DNA from: an uncultured Chitinophagales bacterium
GTDB taxonomy: Bacteria; Bacteroidota; Bacteroidia; Chitinophagales; S012-47
Length of the DNA stretch: 64,000 bases
Reading direction: 5' to 3'
Assembly: GCA_964471795.1 (NCBI GenBank)
Contig: CAYYHM010000001.1
Coordinates: 20,780-84,779 of the forward strand
Positions 26,890 through 38,182 of this stretch are shown here, in pieces. The position numbers and the translations under genes were made by a program. Each line of letters begins with the position of its first letter. The first letter of the stretch is position 1. Under the pieces are notes generated by a model that was not told where the DNA came from, made no database searches, and saw nothing but the letters and a program-made list of their open reading frames with translations.

Positions 26890-28029
26890 ATGTACTATCA
26901 ACAGACTGAGCAGCAGCAGATGATTGCTGCTATGGTTAAGGATTTCTGTGACGTTCATGTGCGTCCCCATGTAATGGAGTGGGACGAGGCGCAGCATTTT
27001 CCACTGCCGGTTTTCAAGGAGTTGGGAAAGCTTGGGTTAATGGGTATGCTGGTGCCCGAAACTTACGGTGGCGCCGGCTTGGGCTATCTGGAATATGTAA
27101 CGGCGATTGATGCGCTGGCACAAGTGGATCCTTCGGTGGGGTTGTCGATGGCCGCACACAACTCATTATGTACCGGTCATATTTTGCAGCACGCCAGTGA
27201 GGAGCAAAAGCAGAAGTATCTACCGAAACTTGCCACTGCCGAGTGGATAGGAGCCTGGGGGCTTACGGAGCCCAATACCGGCAGTGATGCCGGCAACATG
27301 CGTACTGTCGCTGTGCGTGATGGCGATTATTGGGTGATCAATGGTGCCAAGAACTTTATTACGCACGGAAAATCAGGTGATGTAGCTGTGGTGATTGTAC
27401 GAACAGGCGAGAAGGGTGACAGCCATGGGATGACTGCCTTCATCATCGAAAAGGGAACTCCCGGTTTTGCCGCCGGACGAAAGGAAAACAAGTTGGGGAT
27501 GAGGGCCAGCGAAACCACGGAACTCATCTTCGACAATTGCCGTGTGCACCACAGTCAGGTGATCGGAGAAGTAGGAGAGGGCTTTGTGCAGTCCATGAAG
27601 GTGTTGGATGGCGGGCGGATTTCTATTGCAGCGCTCAGTCTGGGTGTTGCCAAAGGAGCCTATCTGGCGGCGCGGCAATATGCCAAAGAGCGCCATCAGT
27701 TCGATAAACCCATTGCCAGCTTTCAGGCCATTAACTTCAAGCTTGCCGATATGGCTACCCGCATCGAAGCTGCCGAATTGCTGACTATGCAGGCGGCAGC
27801 CATGAAGAATGAGGGCTTGAAAGTAACCAGCGAGAGTGCCATGGCCAAGTACTATGCCAGTGAGGTATGTGTTCAGGTTGCCAATGATGCTGTCCAGATC
27901 TTTGGCGGATATGGCTTCACCAAAGATTTTCCGGTGGAGAAATTTTACCGTGATGCCAAACTATGCACCATTGGCGAGGGCACCTCAGAAATTCAAAAAC
28001 TGGTTATAGCCAGAGAATTATTGAGGTAA
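26890..28029 (+). CDS. acyl-CoA dehydrogenase (short/medium chain type)
   Basis: 379 aa with [23 protein letters not shown] and a C-terminal [15 protein letters not shown]. Confidence 0.92.
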   Translation: MYYQQTEQQQMIAAMVKDFCDVHVRPHVMEWDEAQHFPLPVFKELGKLGLMGMLVPETYGGAGLGYLEYVTAIDALAQVDPSVGLSMAAHNSLCTGHILQHASEEQKQKYLPKLATAEWIGAWGLTEPNTGSDAGNMRTVAVRDGDYWVINGAKNFITHGKSGDVAVVIVRTGEKGDSHGMTAFIIEKGTPGFAAGRKENKLGMRASETTELIFDNCRVHHSQVIGEVGEGFVQSMKVLDGGRISIAALSLGVAKGAYLAARQYAKERHQFDKPIASFQAINFKLADMATRIEAAELLTMQAAAMKNEGLKVTSESAMAKYYASEVCVQVANDAVQIFGGYGFTKDFPVEKFYRDAKLCTIGEGTSEIQKLVIARELLR

Positions 28030-28056
28030 AGAAGTTGTCTGCATGGTTATTTTGAT

Positions 28057-28064
28057 TATTTTTG
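28057..28064 (+). promoter_or_regulatory. candidate -7 box TATTTTTG for rpsU
   Basis: Matches TAnnTTTG and lies 27 nt upstream of the ATG at 28092. Confidence 0.4.
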
Positions 28065-28078
28065 CGCTCTCTAAACCG

Positions 28079-28087
28079 TAAAGAGGT
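28079..28087 (+). promoter_or_regulatory. Shine-Dalgarno-like motif TAAAGAGGT upstream of rpsU
   Basis: The sequence reads gTAAAGAGGTatatATG. Confidence 0.45.
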
Positions 28088-28091
28088 ATAT

Positions 28092-28283
28092 ATGCTGATT
28101 ATTGATGTAAAAGACAGCGACTCAATTGACAAGGCGCTGAAAAAGTACAAGAAGAAATTCGAGCGTGCCGGCATCCTGAAAGAACTTCGGGAGCGTCAGC
28201 ATTTCACCAAGCCTTCTGTAAAGAGAAGGACTGAGGTGCTGAAAGCCCGCTATCGCCAGCAGATGCAGAGCGACAGCGAATAA
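28092..28283 (+). CDS. rpsU: 30S ribosomal protein S21
   Basis: MLIIDVKDSDSIDKALKKYKKKFERAGILKELRERQHFTKPSVKRR... is a typical bS21 sequence. The track's upstream TTG start was rejected. Confidence 0.9.
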   Translation: MLIIDVKDSDSIDKALKKYKKKFERAGILKELRERQHFTKPSVKRRTEVLKARYRQQMQSDSE

Positions 28284-28339
28284 ACAGATGAGGCCGGGTG
28301 GCATGCTGGCATCCGGCATTCCTCCTATGAAGCCACGTC

Positions 28340-29218
28340 ATGTTGCTTGCGTCCTATCGTCAATACCTGTCCTTGGAAAAGCGCTACTCAGCGCATACGG
28401 TAGAAGCCTACTGTACTGATTTGGCACAATTCAGCGAATACCTACAATCCACTTATTCTTGTGAGTTAGAACAAGCGCAGCCACTCTTTGTCAGGAGTTG
28501 GCTGGTGCAGGTTTTGGCTGCCGATGTTACACCACGATCGGTCAACAGGAAAATCAGCTCACTACGGTCCTTCTACAGGTTTGCTTTACGGAAAAAGGCC
28601 ATCACGCAGGATCCTATGCGCAAGGTACAGGCGCCAAAGGTAGCCAAGCGGTTGCCACAGTCTGTGGGGGAGTCGCCCTTGCGGCATCTATTGGATATCA
28701 TGAGTGAGCAAACCGACTTCCCGGGCCTCCGCGACAGATTGGTAATTGAGCTATTGTACGCCACAGGAATCCGTAGGGCAGAGTTGATCTCGCTGACGGA
28801 TGGCAGCATTGATATAAGCAGTGGCCACATCAGGGTGCTGGGCAAAGGCAACAAAGAGCGCATCATCCCCATTGGTAATTCCCTGATACGTAGCATAGAG
28901 CAATACCTTACGGCCAGAGATCAGGCATTTCCTCAAGGCACACAATCATTCTTTGTTACGGACAAAGGCCAGCCGTTCTATCCAAGGATGGTATACAACA
29001 TTGTAACCAAAGCGTTGTCGCTGGTAACCACTGCCGATAAGAAGAGTCCGCACATCATGCGGCATTCGTTTGCCACCCATATGCTCAATGCGGGTGCTGA
29101 CCTGAATGTGATTAAAGAGTTGTTGGGACATGCCAACCTTTCCGCAACACAAGTGTATACTCATGTGGAGATGGATGCGTTAAGAGACATTTATAATAAG
29201 GCCCATCCAAAGGCCTGA
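28340..29218 (+). CDS. tyrosine recombinase XerC/XerD family
   Basis: N-terminal SAM-like domain (YLSLEKRYSAHTVEAYCTDL) and catalytic residues in ...HIMRHSFATHML...LLGHANLSATQVYTHV. Confidence 0.85.
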   Translation: MLLASYRQYLSLEKRYSAHTVEAYCTDLAQFSEYLQSTYSCELEQAQPLFVRSWLVQVLAADVTPRSVNRKISSLRSFYRFALRKKAITQDPMRKVQAPKVAKRLPQSVGESPLRHLLDIMSEQTDFPGLRDRLVIELLYATGIRRAELISLTDGSIDISSGHIRVLGKGNKERIIPIGNSLIRSIEQYLTARDQAFPQGTQSFFVTDKGQPFYPRMVYNIVTKALSLVTTADKKSPHIMRHSFATHMLNAGADLNVIKELLGHANLSATQVYTHVEMDALRDIYNKAHPKA

Positions 29219-29237
29219 CAAACCAAAAAATGATATC

Positions 29238-29537
29238 ATGGAAATCAGAGTAACCGCAGTACAATTCGATGCAGATCAAAAGTTGGTGGAGCTGATTGAG
29301 AAGAAGTTGACCAAGTTGCAAACTTTTTTTGATCACATCATCGATGCCGAGGCATTCTTGAAGCTTGAGAACAAGAGCACTCAGGTAAAGGATAAAACGG
29401 TGACCATAAAGCTGAATATCCCTGGTAAACAGATGGTTGCGGAGCAAACGAGCAAGGTTTTCGAGGAGGCTGCTGACGAAGCGGTTGAGTCACTTCGCAG
29501 GCAGTTGCAGAAGCACAAGGAAAAAATCAGAAATTGA
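29238..29537 (+). CDS. hpf: ribosome hibernation promoting factor / RaiA family
   Basis: 99 aa starting MEIRVTAVQFDADQKLVELIEKKLTKL..., with the typical short-HPF fold pattern. Confidence 0.82.
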   Translation: MEIRVTAVQFDADQKLVELIEKKLTKLQTFFDHIIDAEAFLKLENKSTQVKDKTVTIKLNIPGKQMVAEQTSKVFEEAADEAVESLRRQLQKHKEKIRN

Positions 29538-29570
29538 TGCTGATTTATTTCCACTCTAACTGAATTTTCA

Positions 29571-29578
29571 TAAATTTG
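29571..29578 (+). promoter_or_regulatory. candidate -7 box TAAATTTG for the tRNA-tuf operon
   Basis: Matches TAnnTTTG, with 49 nt between the box and tRNA-Thr (starts 29628). The same octamer precedes tRNA-Pro at 45812. Confidence 0.45.
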
Positions 29579-29627
29579 CAAGCCGATTTTGAGCACTTAG
29601 TACAAAAGTAGTGCCAAGATTGTTATT

Positions 29628-29701
29628 GCCGGTGTAGCTCAGCTGGCCAGAGCAGCTGATTTGTAATCAGCTGGTCGGGGGTTCGAATCCCTCCACCGGC
29701 T
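29628..29701 (+). tRNA. tRNA-Thr (anticodon TGT)
   Basis: Cloverleaf folded by hand: acceptor GCCGGTG/CACCGGC, anticodon stem GCTGA/TCAGC, loop TTTGTAA and T-loop TTCGAAT. Confidence 0.93.
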
Positions 29702-29723
29702 CAGTTCTTTGAACTATTTTATT

Positions 29724-29806
29724 GGGGAGATACCGAAGCGGCCAACCGGGACAGACTGTAAATCTGTTGTCTTATGACTTCGGAGGTTCGAATCCTCCTC
29801 TCCCCA
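29724..29806 (+). tRNA. tRNA-Tyr (anticodon GTA), long variable arm
   Basis: Acceptor GGGGAGA/TCTCCCC, anticodon stem ACAGA/TCTGT, loop CTGTAAA and a type II variable arm. Confidence 0.92.
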
Positions 29807-29822
29807 CCCTAAGGATGAATAA

Positions 29823-29895
29823 GCGGGAGTAGCTCAGTTGGTAGAGCGACAGCCTTCCAAGCTGTAGGTCGCGGGTTCGAACCTCGTCTCCCGCT
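29823..29895 (+). tRNA. tRNA-Gly (anticodon TCC)
   Basis: Acceptor GCGGGAG/CTCCCGC, anticodon stem ACAGC/GCTGT and loop CTTCCAA. CCA is encoded at 29896-29898. Confidence 0.9.
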
Positions 29896-29906
29896 CCACT
29901 TATCCT

Positions 29907-29978
29907 GCCGATGTAGCTCAGGGGTAGAGCGTCTCCTTGGTAAGGAGGAGGTCACGGGTTCAATTCCCGTCATCGGCT
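29907..29978 (+). tRNA. tRNA-Thr (anticodon GGT)
   Basis: Acceptor GCCGATG/CATCGGC, anticodon loop TTGGTAA and T stem ACGGG/CCCGT. Confidence 0.92.
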
Positions 29979-30033
29979 CACGTTGCATTTTGTTCTCGTA
30001 ACCCAATTTTAATTATTACTAAATGTCTTAGTT

Positions 30034-31221
30034 ATGGCAAAAGAAAAATTCGAACGGACGAAACCGCACGTTAATATCGGTACGATCGGCCACGTGGACC
30101 ACGGAAAAACCACGCTGACCGCTGCCATTACTAACGTGCTTGCGAATGAAGGTCTTGCTGAAAAGAAAGACTACGATTCCATTGATAACGCGCCAGAAGA
30201 AAAAGAGCGTGGTATCACTATTAACACAGCACACGTAGAGTACCAGACAGTGAATCGTCACTATGCTCACGTAGACTGTCCTGGTCACGCCGACTATGTA
30301 AAGAACATGGTTACAGGTGCTGCACAGATGGACGGTGCTATCCTTGTAGTGGCTGCTACTGATGGACCAATGCCACAGACCCGCGAGCACATCCTGTTGG
30401 CTCGTCAGGTAGGTGTTCCGGATCTGGTAGTGTTCATGAACAAGGTTGACCTGGTTGATGACCCTGAACTGCTGGAACTTGTGGAAATGGAAATCCGCGA
30501 ACTGTTGAGCTTCTACGACTATGATGGCGACAACATTCCAATCGTTAAGGGATCTGCCCTGAAAGCGCTGGAAGGTGAAGCAGGTGGTGTAGCAGCTATC
30601 AAAGAATTGATGGATGCAGTTGACAGCCACATCCCTACTCCAGTTCGTGATGTAGACAAGGACTTCCTGATGCCGGTAGAGGACGTATTCTCAATCACTG
30701 GTCGTGGTACTGTTGCTACTGGTCGTATTGAGCGTGGTGTTATCAACTCCGGTGATCCGGTTGATATCATCGGTCTGACTGCTGAAAACCTGAAGTCTAC
30801 CGTTACCGGTGTAGAAATGTTCCGTAAGATCCTCGATCGCGGTGAAGCCGGTGATAACGTAGGTCTGCTGCTTCGTGGTATCGACAAGAACGATATCAAG
30901 CGCGGTATGGTTATCATCAAGCCAGGTTCTGTGAAGCCTCACACCGAGTTCAAGTGCGAAGTTTACGTACTGAAGAAGGAAGAAGGTGGACGTCACACTC
31001 CATTCTTCAACAAATACCGTCCTCAGTTTTACTTCCGTACTACTGACGTAACCGGTGAGTGTGAGCTTCCTGCAGGTACCGAAATGGTTATGCCTGGTGA
31101 CAACATCTCATTGACTGTAAAACTGATCTACCCGATCGCTATGGAGAAAGGTCTTCGTTTCGCTATCCGCGAAGGTGGTCGTACAGTAGGTGCAGGTCAG
31201 GTAACTGAGATCCTGAAGTAA
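30034..31221 (+). CDS. tuf: elongation factor Tu
   Basis: [33 protein letters not shown]..., 395 aa. Confidence 0.99.
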   Translation: MAKEKFERTKPHVNIGTIGHVDHGKTTLTAAITNVLANEGLAEKKDYDSIDNAPEEKERGITINTAHVEYQTVNRHYAHVDCPGHADYVKNMVTGAAQMDGAILVVAATDGPMPQTREHILLARQVGVPDLVVFMNKVDLVDDPELLELVEMEIRELLSFYDYDGDNIPIVKGSALKALEGEAGGVAAIKELMDAVDSHIPTPVRDVDKDFLMPVEDVFSITGRGTVATGRIERGVINSGDPVDIIGLTAENLKSTVTGVEMFRKILDRGEAGDNVGLLLRGIDKNDIKRGMVIIKPGSVKPHTEFKCEVYVLKKEEGGRHTPFFNKYRPQFYFRTTDVTGECELPAGTEMVMPGDNISLTVKLIYPIAMEKGLRFAIREGGRTVGAGQVTEILK

Positions 31222-31249
31222 TCACAAGAAAAGTTTGAATTTTTCTTAA

Positions 31250-31322
31250 ACGGGTGTAGCTCAATTGGTAGAGCAGCGGTCTCCAAAACCGCAGGCTGGG
31301 AGTTCGAGTCTCTCCACCCGTG
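31250..31322 (+). tRNA. tRNA-Trp (anticodon CCA)
   Basis: Acceptor ACGGGTG/CACCCGT, anticodon stem GCGGT/ACCGC and loop CTCCAAA. Confidence 0.92.
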
Positions 31323-31336
31323 CAGAATAAAGAACT

Positions 31337-31525
31337 ATGAATAGGATCAGGGGATATGTAATGGAATCTTACAAGGAGTTGGTAGGCAAAGTTACCTGGC
31401 CATCCTTGCAGGAGTTGCAAAAAAGTGCATTGGTAGTGCTGGTAGCATCTATGATTATAGCCCTGCTCCTGTTATTCATGGACCTTATATCTAACAAAGC
31501 TCTGGGCTTTTATTACGGCCTTTGA
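31337..31525 (+). CDS. secE: preprotein translocase subunit SecE
   Basis: 62 aa with a single C-terminal TM (ALVVLVASMIIALLLLFMD). It sits in the canonical position between tRNA-Trp and nusG. Confidence 0.9.
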   Translation: MNRIRGYVMESYKELVGKVTWPSLQELQKSALVVLVASMIIALLLLFMDLISNKALGFYYGL

Positions 31526-31551
31526 GATGAGTTGGAGCAATAATAGGCGGT

Positions 31552-32100
31552 ATGTCTGAAGAGAATAAGTGGTACGTCCTCAGGGTGCTCAGCGGCAAAG
31601 AACGCAAAGTAAAAGAGTACTTGGAGTCTGAAATCGACCGTTCAGGCTGGCAGTCTATTATATTACAGGTGTTTGTTCCTACAGAGAAGGTATACACCAT
31701 CCGTAATGGAAAGAAAGTTATCAAGGAAAAGAACTTCTTCCCGGGATATGTGATGGTAGAAACCTTCCCGGGTGTGGTTTCACCTGATATATTACAGGAA
31801 ATCCGCAACGTTCCGGGCGTAATCAACTTTCTGGGTGATAACCATCCTACACCTCTTCGGAAGGCTGAAGTAAACCGCATACTCGGAACCGTTGACGAGA
31901 TGAGTGAGTCCGGGGTGTCCATGAACGAACCTTTCATCATTGGTGAAACGGTAAAGATCACAGACGGTCCATTCAACGACTTCTTCGGTGTAATCGAGGA
32001 GGTTATGGAGGAGAAAAAGAAGCTGAAGGTAATCGTAAAAATCTTCGGCCGCCGTACGCCTGTAGAATTGAATTTTGTGCAAGTTGAAAAACAATCATAG
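31552..32100 (+). CDS. nusG: transcription termination/antitermination factor NusG
   Basis: NGN domain [19 protein letters not shown] and a C-terminal KOW motif ([21 protein letters not shown]). Confidence 0.97.
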   Translation: MSEENKWYVLRVLSGKERKVKEYLESEIDRSGWQSIILQVFVPTEKVYTIRNGKKVIKEKNFFPGYVMVETFPGVVSPDILQEIRNVPGVINFLGDNHPTPLRKAEVNRILGTVDEMSESGVSMNEPFIIGETVKITDGPFNDFFGVIEEVMEEKKKLKVIVKIFGRRTPVELNFVQVEKQS

Positions 32101-32102
32101 CG

Positions 32103-32552
32103 ATGGCTAAGGAAATCGATGTATACATCAAATTGCAGATTAAAGGTGGACAAGCCAATCCCGCTCCACCCGTTGGTCCTGCGTTGGGTTCCAAAGGTGT
32201 TAATATCATGGAATTCACCAAGCAGTTCAATGCCCGTACACAAGATAAAATGGGACAACTACTGCCTGTTCTTATCACTGTGTACAAGGACAAATCTTTC
32301 GATTTTGTTATCAAGACCCCTCCTGCTGCTAATCTGTTAATGGATGTAGCTAAGTTGAAAGGAGGTTCTCCGGAGCCAAACCGTAACAAAGTGGGATCCG
32401 TTTCTTGGGACCAGGTGAAGGAAATCGCTGAAATGAAAATGCCTGACCTCAACGCATTTACTGTTGAGTCGGCCATGAAAATGGTAGCCGGTACAGCCCG
32501 CAGTATGGGTCTGAATGTAACGGGTACCGCACCGTGGGAGGTTGAAGGGTAA
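32103..32552 (+). CDS. rplK: 50S ribosomal protein L11
   Basis: [35 protein letters not shown]. Confidence 0.98.
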   Translation: MAKEIDVYIKLQIKGGQANPAPPVGPALGSKGVNIMEFTKQFNARTQDKMGQLLPVLITVYKDKSFDFVIKTPPAANLLMDVAKLKGGSPEPNRNKVGSVSWDQVKEIAEMKMPDLNAFTVESAMKMVAGTARSMGLNVTGTAPWEVEG

Positions 32553-32591
32553 GCCCTGTCAGCCAATTATTTACCACAAACTTTTTAAACC

Positions 32592-33278
32592 GTGAATACG
32601 ACAAAGAAAAGAAAAGCGGTCAATCCAATGGTGAAGAAGGACACACTCTATCAGTTGAGTGATGCCGCAGCATTGGTAAAGCAGGTGAACACCGCGAAGT
32701 TTGATGCTTCTGTAGACCTGCACGTACGACTGGGTGTAGACCCCAGAAAAGCCGATCAGGCACTTCGTGGAACAGTTAGCCTGCCCCATGGAACCGGAAA
32801 GACCAAGAGCGTGCTGGTACTTTGCCAGCCCGACAAGGTAGCTCAGGCTCAGGCAGCAGGTGCGGACTATGTAGGCCTGGAAGAGTTCATGCAAAAGATT
32901 CAGGATGGCTGGACTGACGTGGATGTAGTGATCGCTACACCACAGGTGATGCCTCAGATTGCCCGTTTGGGTAAAATCCTGGGTCCCCGTGGACTGATGC
33001 CTAACCCGAAAGTGGGTACGGTAACGGAAAACGTGGCCGACGCTGTAAAAGACGTAAAAGGTGGCAAGGTGTCTTTCCGGGTAGATAAGTTCGGAATCAT
33101 CCACGCCTCTGTAGGTCGTGTATCGTTCTCTCCGGAACAGTTGTCAGAGAATGCACATGCACTCCTGGATACATTGAGCAAGATGAAGCCTAGCACCGCC
33201 AAGGGAACCTACTTCAAGTCAATTTACCTGGCTAGTACGATGAGTCCCAGCATTGCTATTGACAGTAAAACATTCTAA
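32592..33278 (+). CDS. rplA: 50S ribosomal protein L1
   Basis: [35 protein letters not shown], with a GTG start. Confidence 0.97.
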   Translation: MNTTKKRKAVNPMVKKDTLYQLSDAAALVKQVNTAKFDASVDLHVRLGVDPRKADQALRGTVSLPHGTGKTKSVLVLCQPDKVAQAQAAGADYVGLEEFMQKIQDGWTDVDVVIATPQVMPQIARLGKILGPRGLMPNPKVGTVTENVADAVKDVKGGKVSFRVDKFGIIHASVGRVSFSPEQLSENAHALLDTLSKMKPSTAKGTYFKSIYLASTMSPSIAIDSKTF

Positions 33279-33284
33279 GGAGGA
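33276..33284 (+). promoter_or_regulatory. Shine-Dalgarno-like motif TAAGGAGGA upstream of rplJ (overlaps the rplA stop)
   Basis: The sequence reads TAAGGAGGAagcatcATG. Confidence 0.5.
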
Positions 33285-33290
33285 AGCATC

Positions 33291-33815
33291 ATGACACGAA
33301 ACGATAAGAATACTTCGATACAGGAGCTGAAGGGTGTGTTCGAGACTGCTAACACCTTTTACCTCACCGATGCTTCTACACTTACTGTAGAGCAAATCAA
33401 CAAGTTCCGCAGGATCTGCTTCGACAAGGGAGTAACCTTCAAAGTGGCCAAGAACACGTTGATCAAGAAAGCATTGGAATCTATTGACTCTGAGCGTTAC
33501 GCAGATTTATATGATCTACTGGCAGGGCCTACCTCAATCATGATTGCTGAGGGAAGCAGTTTGCCGGCTAAGATCTTGAAGGATTTCCGTAAAGACAATA
33601 GTCGCCCCATTCTCAAGGGTGCCTATATCGATTCGGCAATCTACAAAGGTGATGACCAACTCGACGTGCTTTCCAAGCTCAAATCGAAAGAGGAGCTTAT
33701 CGGCGAAGTTATCTCCCTATTACAGTCACCGGCCAAGAATGTGGTGTCCGCACTGCAGTCTGGTGGTGGCAAACTGGCAGGCATCTTAAAGACGCTGTCA
33801 GAACGAGAAGCATAA
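33291..33815 (+). CDS. rplJ: 50S ribosomal protein L10
   Basis: 174 aa in the canonical position between rplA and rplL. It has a typical L10 N-terminus ([40 protein letters not shown]). Confidence 0.95.
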   Translation: MTRNDKNTSIQELKGVFETANTFYLTDASTLTVEQINKFRRICFDKGVTFKVAKNTLIKKALESIDSERYADLYDLLAGPTSIMIAEGSSLPAKILKDFRKDNSRPILKGAYIDSAIYKGDDQLDVLSKLKSKEELIGEVISLLQSPAKNVVSALQSGGGKLAGILKTLSEREA

Positions 33816-33846
33816 AATAATTCATTTCATTAAAAACACTACTACG

Positions 33847-34233
33847 ATGGCGGATTTGAAAGCATTTGCCGAACAGCTTGTAAACCTTTCTGTAAAGGAA
33901 GTAAACGAACTGGCTGAGATTCTCAAGACCGAGTACGGTATTGAGCCAGCTGCTGCCGCTCCTGTTATGGTAGCCGGCGCTGCCGGTGGCGATGCAGGTG
34001 CCGGTGCTGCAGTTGAGGAGAAGACTGAATTCAATGTAATCCTCAAGAACCCCGGTGGCCAGAAGCTGGCTATTGTGAAGCTTGTGAAGGATCTTACAGG
34101 ACTCGGTCTGAAAGAGGCAAAAGAATTGGTTGACGGTGCTCCTAAGCCTGTAAAGGAAGGAGTATCCAAGGACGAAGCTGAGTCTATCAAGGCGAAGCTG
34201 GAAGAAGCAGGTGCTGAGGTTGAACTTAACTAA
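33847..34233 (+). CDS. rplL: 50S ribosomal protein L7/L12
   Basis: An Ala/Gly hinge followed by [40 protein letters not shown]. Confidence 0.98.
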   Translation: MADLKAFAEQLVNLSVKEVNELAEILKTEYGIEPAAAAPVMVAGAAGGDAGAGAAVEEKTEFNVILKNPGGQKLAIVKLVKDLTGLGLKEAKELVDGAPKPVKEGVSKDEAESIKAKLEEAGAEVELN

Positions 34234-34274
34234 GTTCACCTTGACTCCTACTTTTTTACTTACCAGATAATGTT

Positions 34275-34315
34275 AGGCCTATAACCGAAAGGTTATACGG
34301 CCTGATATTTTTTTT
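34275..34315 (+). terminator. rplL-rpoB intergenic hairpin plus T-run (attenuator/partial terminator)
   Basis: AGGCCTATAACC-GAAA-GGTTATAcGGCCT followed by gataTTTTTTTT. It sits in the position of the known rplL-rpoB attenuator in other bacteria. Confidence 0.65.
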
Positions 34316-34335
34316 ACTTAAAGTTCATTCGTTTT

Positions 34336-37300
34336 ATGGCAGACATCAAACCGAGCCAGAATGGCAGGGTAAATTTTGGAAAAATCAACCCATCCGTTGA
34401 TTATCCTGATTTGCTGGATATCCAAATCCAATCTTTTAAAGATTTCTTTCAATTAGAAACGACTCCGGAAAACCGGCAAAACGAAGGACTTTACAAGGTA
34501 TTTTCCGAGAACTTCCCTATCTCTGATGCCCGAAACATCTTCGTGCTGGAGTTCCTGGACTACTTTATAGATCCTCCCAGATATTCTATTGACGAATGTA
34601 TTGAACGCGGACTTACCTACAGCGTACCGCTGAAGGCCAAATTGAAGTTGTCCTGTAATGACGAAGAGCACGTGGACTTCGAAACCATCGTGCAAGACGT
34701 TTTTCTGGGTAACATCCCGTACATGACGCCTAAAGGTACCTTCATTGTGAATGGTGCTGAACGCGTTATTGTTTCTCAGCTGCACCGCTCACCCGGTGTA
34801 TTCTTTGGTCAAAGCGTGCATCCAAACGGTACGAAAATCTATTCTGCCCGGGTAATACCTTTCAAAGGTGCCTGGATGGAATTCGCTACCGACATCAACA
34901 ATGTGATGTATGCCTACATCGACAGAAAGAAGAAATTCCCCGTTACTACCCTGCTGCGAGCCATCGGCTACGAGACAGACAAGGACATCCTTGAACTGTT
35001 CGGCTTGGCAGACGAAATCAAGATCGTAAAGAAGAACATCAAATCCATCATCGGCAGAAAGCTGGCTGCACGTGTATTGCGCAGCTGGATCGAAGACTTT
35101 GTGGATGAAGATACAGGTGAAGTAGTATCCATTGAGCGTAATGAAATCATTCTCGAGCGTAACACCATCATCGATGAGGATGCTGTAGAGATGATCCTGG
35201 ACAGCGAGGTAAAAACTATCGTGCTGCAAAAGGAAGATGTTCAGGAAGACTACTCCATCATATACAATACACTGCAAAAGGATACTTCCAACTCCGAACT
35301 GGAAGCAGTACAGCACATCTACCGCCAACTGCGTGGTTCCGATCCACCCGATGACGAGACTGCCCGTGGCATTATCGAGAAGTTGTTCTTCTCCGATAAG
35401 CGCTATGACCTCGGCGAGGTGGGCCGCTATAAGATCAATCAGAAGCTGAACCTGTCTATCGATATCGATACCCGTGTACTTACCAAAGAGGATATCATCC
35501 AAATGGTGAAGTATCTGGTGCAGTTGATCAATCAGCGTGCTGAAGTTGACGATATCGATCACCTGAGCAACAGACGTGTACGTACGGTTGGTGAACAACA
35601 GTACGCACAGTTTGGTGTTGGTTTGGCCCGTATGGCTCGTACCATCCGCGAGCGGATGAACGTACGTGATAACGAGGTGTTTACACCGATCGATCTGATC
35701 AACGCACGTACGCTCTCCAGCGTAATCAACTCGTTCTTCGGCACCAGCCAGTTGTCACAGTTCTTGGATCAGACAAACCCGCTGAGTGAAATCACGCACA
35801 AGCGTCGTATCTCTGCACTCGGACCAGGAGGTCTTTCCCGTGAACGTGCCGGTTTCGAAGTTCGTGACGTACACTATTCCCACTATGGTCGTTTGTGTAC
35901 CATCGAAACGCCGGAAGGTCCCAATATCGGTTTGATCTCTACTTTGTGCGTACACGCCAAGATCAACAAGATGGGCTTCATCGAAACGCCATATCTGAAG
36001 GTGAAAGACGGTAAGGTAGACTTCACCAGCCCGCAATACCTGTCTGCCGACGATGAAGACAACATGCGCATCGCCCAGTCGAACGCACCGGTAAACGCTG
36101 CAACGGGCGAATACATCAACGACAAGGTAAAGAGCCGTCACCACGGTGAATTCCCGATTCTGCAGCCTGATGAGCTGGACTACATGGATGTAGCACCAAA
36201 TCAGATTGTGGGTGTATCGGCGTCGTTGATTCCATTCCTCGAGCATGATGACGCCAACCGTGCCCTGATGGGTTCTAACATGCAGCGTCAGGCAGTACCA
36301 CTAATGATTCCTCAGTCGCCTATCGTAGGAACCGGACTCGAAGGAAAAGTGGCACAGGATTCACGCATGCTCATCAACGCAGAAGGAAATGGCGTGATTG
36401 AGTACGTGGATGCTACCGAGATACATGTACGGTATGACCGTGACGAAAACGACCGTCTGGTAAGTTTTGAGGACGACAAAGTGGTGTACAAACTCACCAA
36501 GTTCCGCAGAACCAACCAGGGTTCCTGTATCAACCTGAAGCCTATCGTAAGAAAGGGTGACAGGGTGAAGAAAGATCAAATCCTTTGTGAAGGATACGCC
36601 ACCCAAAAGGGTGAATTGGCCCTCGGTCAAAACCTGAAAGTGGCCTTCATGCCTTGGAAAGGGTACAACTTCGAGGATGCTATCGTAATCAGCGAGCGTG
36701 TAGTGCGTGAGGACATCTTCACGTCCATCCACATCGAAGAGTATGACCTGGAAGTGCGTGACACCAAACTCGGTGAGGAAGAACTCACTCCAGATATCCC
36801 GAACGTTAGCGAGGACGCTACCAAGGATCTGGATGAGTACGGTATCATCAGAATCGGTGCTCGTGTTCGGGAAGGTGATATCCTGATCGGTAAGATCACG
36901 CCAAAAGGGGAAACAGATCCGACACCGGAAGAGAAACTGTTGCGTGCCATCTTCGGCGACAAGGCTGGTGATGTGAAAGATGCTTCACTGAAAGCGCCAC
37001 CATCAACAGATGGTGTAGTAATCCATAAGACCCTTTTCAGCAGAACCAAGAAAGACAAGTTCAGCAAGCAAAAGGAGAAAATAGCACTCGAAAAACTGGA
37101 TGTACAGCACGACAAGGCTTTGCATGAGCTGAAGACCGTAGTGGTAAACAAACTGTTGGCACTCACCAAGGGTAAAACCACCAATGGTATCTTCAACCTG
37201 TACAAAGAAGAACTGCTGCCCAAAGGCACCAAGTTGAATGAGAAGGTGCTGATGAGTCTGGAATATGACAAGATCGACCCGGCAAACTGGGTAAAGGATG

Positions 37301-38148
37301 AGGATACCAACTCTTTGATCAAGCGATTGCTGCACAATTATTCCATCAAGGTAAACGAAGAGCTGGGTCGCTACAAGCGTGAGAAGTTCAACATCACCAT
37401 CGGTGACGAACTGCCAACGGGTGTATTGAAACTGGCAAAGGTTTATCTGGCCAACAAGCGCAAGCTGAAGGTAGGAGATAAGCTAGCAGGTCGTCACGGT
37501 AACAAAGGTATCGTAGCCAAGATTGTACGTGATGAGGACATGCCGTTCCTCAACGACGGATCACCGGTAGACATCGTGTTGAACCCGCTTGGTGTACCTT
37601 CCCGTATGAACATCGGTCAGATCTATGAGACGGTGCTCGGATGGGCCGGTCTGAAATTGGGTGTTAAGTTCAGCACGCCGATCTTCGACGGAGCCAAGAT
37701 TGAGGAAATCCACGATTGGGTGGAGAAAGCCGATGTGCCGGAATTGGGTAGTACCTACCTGTATGATGGCGAAACCGGTGAGCGTTTCCACCAGCCGGCT
37801 ACCGTTGGTGTGATCTACATGTTGAAACTCAGCCACATGGTGGACGACAAGATGCACGCACGTTCTATCGGACCTTATTCACTGATTACGCAGCAGCCAT
37901 TGGGAGGTAAAGCCCAGTTTGGTGGTCAGCGTTTGGGTGAAATGGAAGTATGGGCATTGGAAGCATACGGTGCTGCCAATACCCTGCAGGAGCTGCTTAC
38001 CATCAAGTCGGACGACATCATTGGACGTGCCAAGGCATACGAGGCGATTGTGAAAGGTGATAACCTGCCCACGCCAAGCATGCCGGAGTCATTCAACGTG
38101 TTGTTGCATGAATTACGAGGTCTGGCCCTCGATTTGAAATTTGATTAA
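34336..38148 (+). CDS. rpoB: DNA-directed RNA polymerase subunit beta
   Basis: 1270 aa with conserved blocks ([54 protein letters not shown]). Confidence 0.99.
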   Translation: MADIKPSQNGRVNFGKINPSVDYPDLLDIQIQSFKDFFQLETTPENRQNEGLYKVFSENFPISDARNIFVLEFLDYFIDPPRYSIDECIERGLTYSVPLKAKLKLSCNDEEHVDFETIVQDVFLGNIPYMTPKGTFIVNGAERVIVSQLHRSPGVFFGQSVHPNGTKIYSARVIPFKGAWMEFATDINNVMYAYIDRKKKFPVTTLLRAIGYETDKDILELFGLADEIKIVKKNIKSIIGRKLAARVLRSWIEDFVDEDTGEVVSIERNEIILERNTIIDEDAVEMILDSEVKTIVLQKEDVQEDYSIIYNTLQKDTSNSELEAVQHIYRQLRGSDPPDDETARGIIEKLFFSDKRYDLGEVGRYKINQKLNLSIDIDTRVLTKEDIIQMVKYLVQLINQRAEVDDIDHLSNRRVRTVGEQQYAQFGVGLARMARTIRERMNVRDNEVFTPIDLINARTLSSVINSFFGTSQLSQFLDQTNPLSEITHKRRISALGPGGLSRERAGFEVRDVHYSHYGRLCTIETPEGPNIGLISTLCVHAKINKMGFIETPYLKVKDGKVDFTSPQYLSADDEDNMRIAQSNAPVNAATGEYINDKVKSRHHGEFPILQPDELDYMDVAPNQIVGVSASLIPFLEHDDANRALMGSNMQRQAVPLMIPQSPIVGTGLEGKVAQDSRMLINAEGNGVIEYVDATEIHVRYDRDENDRLVSFEDDKVVYKLTKFRRTNQGSCINLKPIVRKGDRVKKDQILCEGYATQKGELALGQNLKVAFMPWKGYNFEDAIVISERVVREDIFTSIHIEEYDLEVRDTKLGEEELTPDIPNVSEDATKDLDEYGIIRIGARVREGDILIGKITPKGETDPTPEEKLLRAIFGDKAGDVKDASLKAPPSTDGVVIHKTLFSRTKKDKFSKQKEKIALEKLDVQHDKALHELKTVVVNKLLALTKGKTTNGIFNLYKEELLPKGTKLNEKVLMSLEYDKIDPANWVKDEDTNSLIKRLLHNYSIKVNEELGRYKREKFNITIGDELPTGVLKLAKVYLANKRKLKVGDKLAGRHGNKGIVAKIVRDEDMPFLNDGSPVDIVLNPLGVPSRMNIGQIYETVLGWAGLKLGVKFSTPIFDGAKIEEIHDWVEKADVPELGSTYLYDGETGERFHQPATVGVIYMLKLSHMVDDKMHARSIGPYSLITQQPLGGKAQFGGQRLGEMEVWALEAYGAANTLQELLTIKSDDIIGRAKAYEAIVKGDNLPTPSMPESFNVLLHELRGLALDLKFD

Positions 38149-38169
38149 TCCTTCACAATCCTAACAAAC

Positions 38170-38177
38170 AGGAGGTG
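38170..38177 (+). promoter_or_regulatory. Shine-Dalgarno-like motif AGGAGGTG upstream of rpoC
   Basis: The sequence reads acAGGAGGTGctgttATG. Confidence 0.5.
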
Positions 38178-38182
38178 CTGTT

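Noticed and set aside
28340-29978. Tyrosine recombinase next to a tRNA cluster as the integrase of a genomic island
   Set aside because: The gene sits inside an rpsU-recombinase-hpf arrangement that looks housekeeping, and it has XerC/D-like length and motifs. I found no direct repeat of a tRNA 3' end, no phage or mobility genes and no obvious compositional break on either side.
29628-31322. The tRNA(Thr-Tyr-Gly-Thr)-tuf-tRNA(Trp)-secE-nusG arrangement as something unusual
   Set aside because: It matches the well-known thrU-tyrU-glyT-thrT-tufB and secE-nusG organisation conserved across many bacteria. It is recorded under features only.
34789-35598. Long antisense ORFs inside highly conserved genes. 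The examples are 269 aa in rpoB, 255 aa at 31491-32258 over nusG/rplK, 200 aa at 30028-30630 over tuf, 255 aa at 48303-49070, 241 aa at 52445-53170, 223 aa at 58648-59319 and 195 aa at 60570-61157.
   Set aside because: Each lies opposite a gene with unambiguous conserved motifs. Their sequences are low-complexity and shadow-frame-like, and they have no promoter box or start context. They are most simply explained as a codon-bias artefact.
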